NCBI GenBank assembly: GCA_045106415.1
Contig: JBGCEP010000044.1
Span: 1-55,033 of the forward strand
DNA: 55,033 nucleotides
Reading direction: 5' to 3'
From: Oligoflexales bacterium
Lineage (GTDB): Bacteria > Bdellovibrionota_B > Oligoflexia > Oligoflexales > Bog-1112
A program made the position numbers and the translations under genes. Of the stretch, positions 50,693 to 55,033 are shown in pieces; the first letter of the stretch is position 1; every line of letters begins with the position of its first letter. Below the pieces are notes generated by a model, which was not told where the DNA came from, did no database searches, and was given only the letters and a program-made list of their open reading frames with translations.

Positions 50693-53143
50693 TCAGCTTG
50701 CTTTCTTTTTTCTCTGCTCAGCCGTATGCGCACCACTCACTTGGGTGCCTGTAAAATGCTCTAGCGGCCAAGCATCTACGGCTTCGGCTTCTATCCTCAT
50801 CTTCACAGCTTCCTCAAGAACAACGGCCTCTCTTTCTTCAATTACTTTTTCTTTAAGGGCTTGCTTTAAAAGTTCTTTCCAGGGTCCTTTTTTCAATTGA
50901 CCGCCTTTAATTGCCTTACGCACCTTGCCTTGAATTTTGCTTGCTTCAACGCTGAGAATAAATGCTTTTTCGAGCTTCATCATTTGGCTATCATCGTCAT
51001 GACCTGTAAACAAACCACCTGTTAAAAGGTCTCTCAATTCACCTGGCGTTGTAATAGCATCAGCAACAGCAGCACCCTCTGGGTCAGAAGGGCGAGACGA
51101 CATTGTGTTGACTCGAGCCCATGGAGCCACGATCCACCTCATCAATTCACCCAATACAGGCACAGGAACATAAAAGTTCGAGAACAGCTCTTGAAAAGCC
51201 AGCTGAATCTCTGAAAAACCTTTCTTTGCACAATAGTGGACTAAAGGCGCGTGAGATTGACGACAGCCTTCTGCTTCATAGCGTTTCAACACAGCTGAAA
51301 TAAGATACATCCATGACAAAATATCAGCAAAGCGCCCTGTCATACGCTCTTTCATTTTCAATTGCCCACCAAGCGCTCCCATGGCTAAGTCTGCCGTCAC
51401 AGCAAATGAAGCCGACACCCATGAAAGTTTTTGATAATAGCGCCGCATCTCTCCGCCTGGAGTTTGTGCAAAAAACCCCCTTGTTAAAGAGAGCACAAAC
51501 GAACGAGCTGCATTACGCACAACGTGACCAACATGTTTCCAAAAGGAATCGTCAAAATCAGCAACATTTCCTTCTGCAAGAGCTTGCATTTCTTTATATG
51601 CATAAGGGTGACAACGAATTGCACCTTGCCCAAAAATAATCATCGTCCTGGTTAGGATGTTTGCACCTTCGACCGTAATACCAATAGGAGAGCCTGAATA
51701 AAAATTGGCGAGTAAGTTACGGGGGCCTTTAGATATACCGCTTCCTCCAACAACATCCATACCCTTCACAACAGACTGCCTTGCAATTTCAGTTGCCTGA
51801 TACTTAGCAACCGCGCTCACCACAGCTGGTTTATAACCAGAGTCCACCGCACCGACAGTGTAAACTCTCAACGCTTCAAGCAAATAAGCATTTGCAGATA
51901 TTTCACAGACCTGCTCTTGAATACCTTCAAACTGAGAAATTGAGACCCCAAACTGCTGACGAACAGCGGCATAAGCACCAACAACTCGAGCGACATACTT
52001 CGCCGTACTTGTGGCTTGCGCCGGAAGAGAAATTGCTCGCCCCGCCGCCAAACACTCCATAAGCATACGCCAGCCCATGCCAGCACCTTTTTCTCCACCA
52101 ATAATTTGATCCACAGAAACCTCAACATTTTCACCACGCAGAGGGCTATTGATAAAAGGAATCCCCAAAGGATCATGTCTTTCACCCTGAATAACCCCAG
52201 GGGTATCTGAATGAACGAGCACACATGTAATGCCTGGCTCTTTGCCTTTACCAAGATAATTCTCTGGATCTTTCAACTTAATCGCAATCCCCAGCAAAGA
52301 AGCGACACCACCAAGGGTGATATATCTTTTTTCCCAATTCATACGAATCATCAGCTTTCCGTCTTTATCTTTAAAGACCTCACCACTGGATTGCATACTC
52401 CCCGCATCAGACCCTGCTCCCGGCTCAGTCAAAGCAAAACAAGGAAGCTCCTCACCATTAGCAAGACGAGACAAATAATAATCTTTTTGCTTTTGAGTTC
52501 CGTAATGATTGATTAGCTCAGCTGGGCCTAAAGAGTTTGGGACCATCACTGTAATCGACAGAGGAACACTTGCGCTTGAGAGCCGACCCACAACCTCACT
52601 ATTTGCAAGCGCGGAAAATCCAAGCCCACCGTAATTCTCAGGAACAATCATTCCAAAAAACTTTTCTTTTTTAAGAAATTCCCAAACCTCTGGGGCCAGG
52701 TCACCATCTTGAAAGGTTTTATAGTCGTCAATCATACGACATACTTTTTCCACAGGCCCATCTATAAAGGCTTGCTCCCGAGGACTTAACACTCCCCACG
52801 GTTGCTTTAAAATCTCATTAAAATCAGGTTTACCAGAAAAAAGTTCTCCCTCAACCCAGGTTGTTCCTGCCTCTAAAGCAACTTTTTCTGTTTCAGAAAT
52901 CACAGGCATAAGCTTTAATTTCTCTAACAAGCTCATGACAGGGGCGCTTAAAAGAGACTGCCGAATCGCAGGAATATTCAAAGCAACTAAAGGCGCAGCT
53001 AAAACTACAGCAGCAACTAGAGGAAAATAAAACAACAAAACTCCAGCGTACGCTAAAGTCCACACTGCTAGCGGAGCTCCAAAATAAGCTAAGCCTATCG
53101 CCGCTCCTTTGACCATCAAAAGACCCAATAAAACTTCGGACAT
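50693..53143 (-). CDS. fadE: Long acyl-CoA dehydrogenase (FadE type)
   Basis: PVISETEKVALEAG, TVMVPNSLGPAEL, PCFALTEP.AGSDA, PIGITVEGANILTR, FGQGAIRCHPY; N-terminal TMs; 816 aa. Confidence 0.93.
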   Translation of the reverse strand: MSEVLLGLLMVKGAAIGLAYFGAPLAVWTLAYAGVLLFYFPLVAAVVLAAPLVALNIPAIRQSLLSAPVMSLLEKLKLMPVISETEKVALEAGTTWVEGELFSGKPDFNEILKQPWGVLSPREQAFIDGPVEKVCRMIDDYKTFQDGDLAPEVWEFLKKEKFFGMIVPENYGGLGFSALANSEVVGRLSSASVPLSITVMVPNSLGPAELINHYGTQKQKDYYLSRLANGEELPCFALTEPGAGSDAGSMQSSGEVFKDKDGKLMIRMNWEKRYITLGGVASLLGIAIKLKDPENYLGKGKEPGITCVLVHSDTPGVIQGERHDPLGIPFINSPLRGENVEVSVDQIIGGEKGAGMGWRMLMECLAAGRAISLPAQATSTAKYVARVVGAYAAVRQQFGVSISQFEGIQEQVCEISANAYLLEALRVYTVGAVDSGYKPAVVSAVAKYQATEIARQSVVKGMDVVGGSGISKGPRNLLANFYSGSPIGITVEGANILTRTMIIFGQGAIRCHPYAYKEMQALAEGNVADFDDSFWKHVGHVVRNAARSFVLSLTRGFFAQTPGGEMRRYYQKLSWVSASFAVTADLAMGALGGQLKMKERMTGRFADILSWMYLISAVLKRYEAEGCRQSHAPLVHYCAKKGFSEIQLAFQELFSNFYVPVPVLGELMRWIVAPWARVNTMSSRPSDPEGAAVADAITTPGELRDLLTGGLFTGHDDDSQMMKLEKAFILSVEASKIQGKVRKAIKGGQLKKGPWKELLKQALKEKVIEEREAVVLEEAVKMRIEAEAVDAWPLEHFTGTQVSGAHTAEQRKKKAS

Positions 53144-53686
53144 CTGCTCTCCTTTTATGCGTGCTCGTTACACGACAACCAAAATACAAAGCGCCAAGTT
53201 AGACGCAGCCCGGAGAGGGCCACTACGGTAGCCCTATCGTCGGTTTTTCAAATCATTATAGCCTTTTTTACAGCCTACACTGATGATTCCGCTATAGATT
53301 CAAATCTAAACATCTCATATATGGCAGCAACTTCCTGGAACTACTGTCTCATTTTCATAGCCTCAAGACTACACTTTTTCTATAGTGTTTTGACACTATC
53401 AACCACACGGCCCCCATGCATCACAATATCCTTCACAGGACACTCACTCAAACCTGTTACCGTGCCTCCTAAAGCTTTCAATTGATCGCCTTAAACAGCT
53501 CCAAATGCAATAAAGTACTGAACAAGCCTCTCAACGGCGATCTAAACACAAAAAACTGAGAACCAGCAGAGTCATCAGTTTTGTTTTATACATAGGTAAA
53601 ATTTTGAAATCATGGTGAAAATAGTTAAGTGACACAGACATTCTATGCCCTAAGCCTCTAATCCATAGAGGCATACCTGCTTGCAC

Positions 53687-55033
53687 GAGTCACGCCAGAA
53701 AGTTGTGGATTGAGAAAGTATGACGACCTATCCTCGTTGTTAGAAAACAACAACAAAGGGCTCGCCAAAGCCCAACAAGAACGAGGTCGTCATGTTAAAA
53801 CTTTTATCAGATTCATCCACTCCAGAACAAGATCTTCTTTCCTTATCACTTGATGAGATAGCACGAGTTGGCGCTAGAAAGCTCCTCACGACGGCTCTTG
53901 AGCTAGAGGTCAAGGAGTACATAACTCGACATAAAGAATCAAAAGACGTCGAGGGTAATAGGCTTGTTGTGAGAAATGGAAAAGGTAAAGCCCGCAAAGT
54001 CACAACTGGAGCCGGCACAATGGATGTTCAAGCTCCTCGTATCAACGATAAAAGAGTAGGTTCAAAGTTCACGTCACATATTCTTCCTCCATATTTAAGA
54101 AAATCAAAAAATGTTGAGTCCATTCTTCCGTTGTTATACCTCAAGGGTCTCTCTGGGAATGCCTTTCAAGAGTCGTTGTGTGGCTTGCTTGGCAATGATG
54201 TTGGTGGCCTCTCTGCAAGCTCCATATCGGTTCTGAAAAAAAGCTGGAGAGCTGATATGGAGCAATGGAGATCACGTGCTATTGAAGATGAATTTGTCTA
54301 TGTCTGGGCCGATGGGGTCAATGTTAAAATCCGTTTAGGCGAGGACAAACGCCTCTGTTTATTGGTTTTAGTGGGTGTGAATCAAAATGGAGAAAAAAAA
54401 CTCTTGGCTGTTGAATCTGGGTACCGTGAGTCAGCAGAGTGCTGGGACCTGGTTTTCCAAGACCTCTTGAGGCGTGGTCTGAAGCCACCATTGGCCATCA
54501 TTGGTGATGGTGGTTTAGGCCTGTGGAAAGCCGTTCACCAAACCCCAGAATTTTCTGCAACAAAAGACATGCGGTGCTGGGTTCATAAAATAGCAAATGT
54601 TCTCAATCACTTTCCTATGAAATTACAGCCTGCTGTAAAGAAACGTATGCATAACATGATGCAAGCAGAGTGCAAGACAGATGCCGATATTGAGCTTTCT
54701 AGGTTTAAGAAAGATCTTGGACTCAAGTATCCGAAAGCCGTCATTTGTTTAGAAAAGAATTGGAGTGAATTGACTGCCTTTTTTAATTTTCCTGATATTC
54801 ACTGGCAATATCTCCGGACAACCAACCCGATTGAGTCAACATTTGCCACGGTCAAACTAAGAACAAAAACAACCAAGGGAGCAGGAAACACTGACGTAGC
54901 AGAAACCATGGCTTTTAAACTGATGCTGGAGGCAGAAAAAAGATGGAGAAAGTTACAGGGATACAAACAAATTCCAGGCCTCTTGAACGGAGATCTTTAC
55001 AAAGATGGTGAGTTGTTAGATATAGAGCAAGTG
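53687..55033 (+). mobile_element. IS256-family insertion sequence (right end beyond window)
   Basis: Transposase ORF plus a candidate left end GAGTCACGCCAGAAAGTTGTGGAT at 53687; the left boundary is inferred from resemblance to IS256-type ends. Confidence 0.8.
53792..55033 (+). CDS. IS256 (Mutator-like) DDE transposase, open at window edge (414 codons seen)
   Basis: Not in the ORF track because there is no stop in the window; my translation gives LDEIAR.GARKLL..ALE.EV, VVRNG, APRINDKR, ILPPYLRKS, LYLKGLS, YVWADGV, IGDGGLG, RCWVHK, RTTNPIESTFATV, AEKRWRKL. Confidence 0.93.
   Translation, partial: MLKLLSDSSTPEQDLLSLSLDEIARVGARKLLTTALELEVKEYITRHKESKDVEGNRLVVRNGKGKARKVTTGAGTMDVQAPRINDKRVGSKFTSHILPPYLRKSKNVESILPLLYLKGLSGNAFQESLCGLLGNDVGGLSASSISVLKKSWRADMEQWRSRAIEDEFVYVWADGVNVKIRLGEDKRLCLLVLVGVNQNGEKKLLAVESGYRESAECWDLVFQDLLRRGLKPPLAIIGDGGLGLWKAVHQTPEFSATKDMRCWVHKIANVLNHFPMKLQPAVKKRMHNMMQAECKTDADIELSRFKKDLGLKYPKAVICLEKNWSELTAFFNFPDIHWQYLRTTNPIESTFATVKLRTKTTKGAGNTDVAETMAFKLMLEAEKRWRKLQGYKQIPGLLNGDLYKDGELLDIEQV

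Noticed and set aside
53275..53545. Protein-looking minus-strand frame next to the IS (…KALGGTVTGLSECPVKDIVMHGGRVVDSV…)
   Set aside because: Four stops in about 90 codons is near random expectation and no family is recognisable; only blastx could rescue it as a pseudogene.
53740..54018. 92-aa minus-strand ORF in the IS
   Set aside because: Antisense shadow of the transposase.
1..55033. CRISPR arrays, rRNA, iteron arrays, DnaA-box clusters
   Set aside because: No regularly spaced direct repeats, rRNA-like sequence or TTATCCACA clusters noticed on manual reading.

Overview
A chromosomal, mostly housekeeping window of about 40-45% GC (estimated by eye) from a Gram-negative bacterium. The gene content (CarD, short flagellin, PilZ, DUF4388/MshEN-like protein, NtrY/NtrX, rpsO-pnp-dut, myxobacterial-type CtpA and DsbA) points to Bdellovibrionota/Oligoflexia or a related former deltaproteobacterium; this is inference. 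The core is a minus-strand translation/transcription super-cluster: tRNA-Thr/Tyr/Gly/Thr-tuf-tRNA-Trp-secE-nusG-rplKAJL-rpoBC-rpsLG-fusA. It is flanked by carD, rpsO-pnp-dut, a peptide ABC transporter, speE, orn, ftsY, tRNA-Val, ntrYX, tadA, fadE and an IS256-family element that runs off the right edge. There is no CRISPR array, prophage or rRNA. The most unusual items are: (1) an intact XerC/D-like gene lacking almost all catalytic residues and overlapping tadA; (2) a possible Rep_3-like winged-helix initiator gene next to an HU with a histone-H1-like tail; (3) an str-operon EF-G with a degenerate domain IV (recycling/EF-G2 type), preceded by a terminator-like hairpin; (4) an apparently inactive GT4-TPR fusion coupled to a C-terminal protease; (5) an RHH-like protein with an N/Q/G/H-rich low-complexity tail upstream of speE; and (6) several RNA hairpins and alternative-sigma-like promoter motifs. 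All family assignments come from motif recognition by eye; no database search was run.
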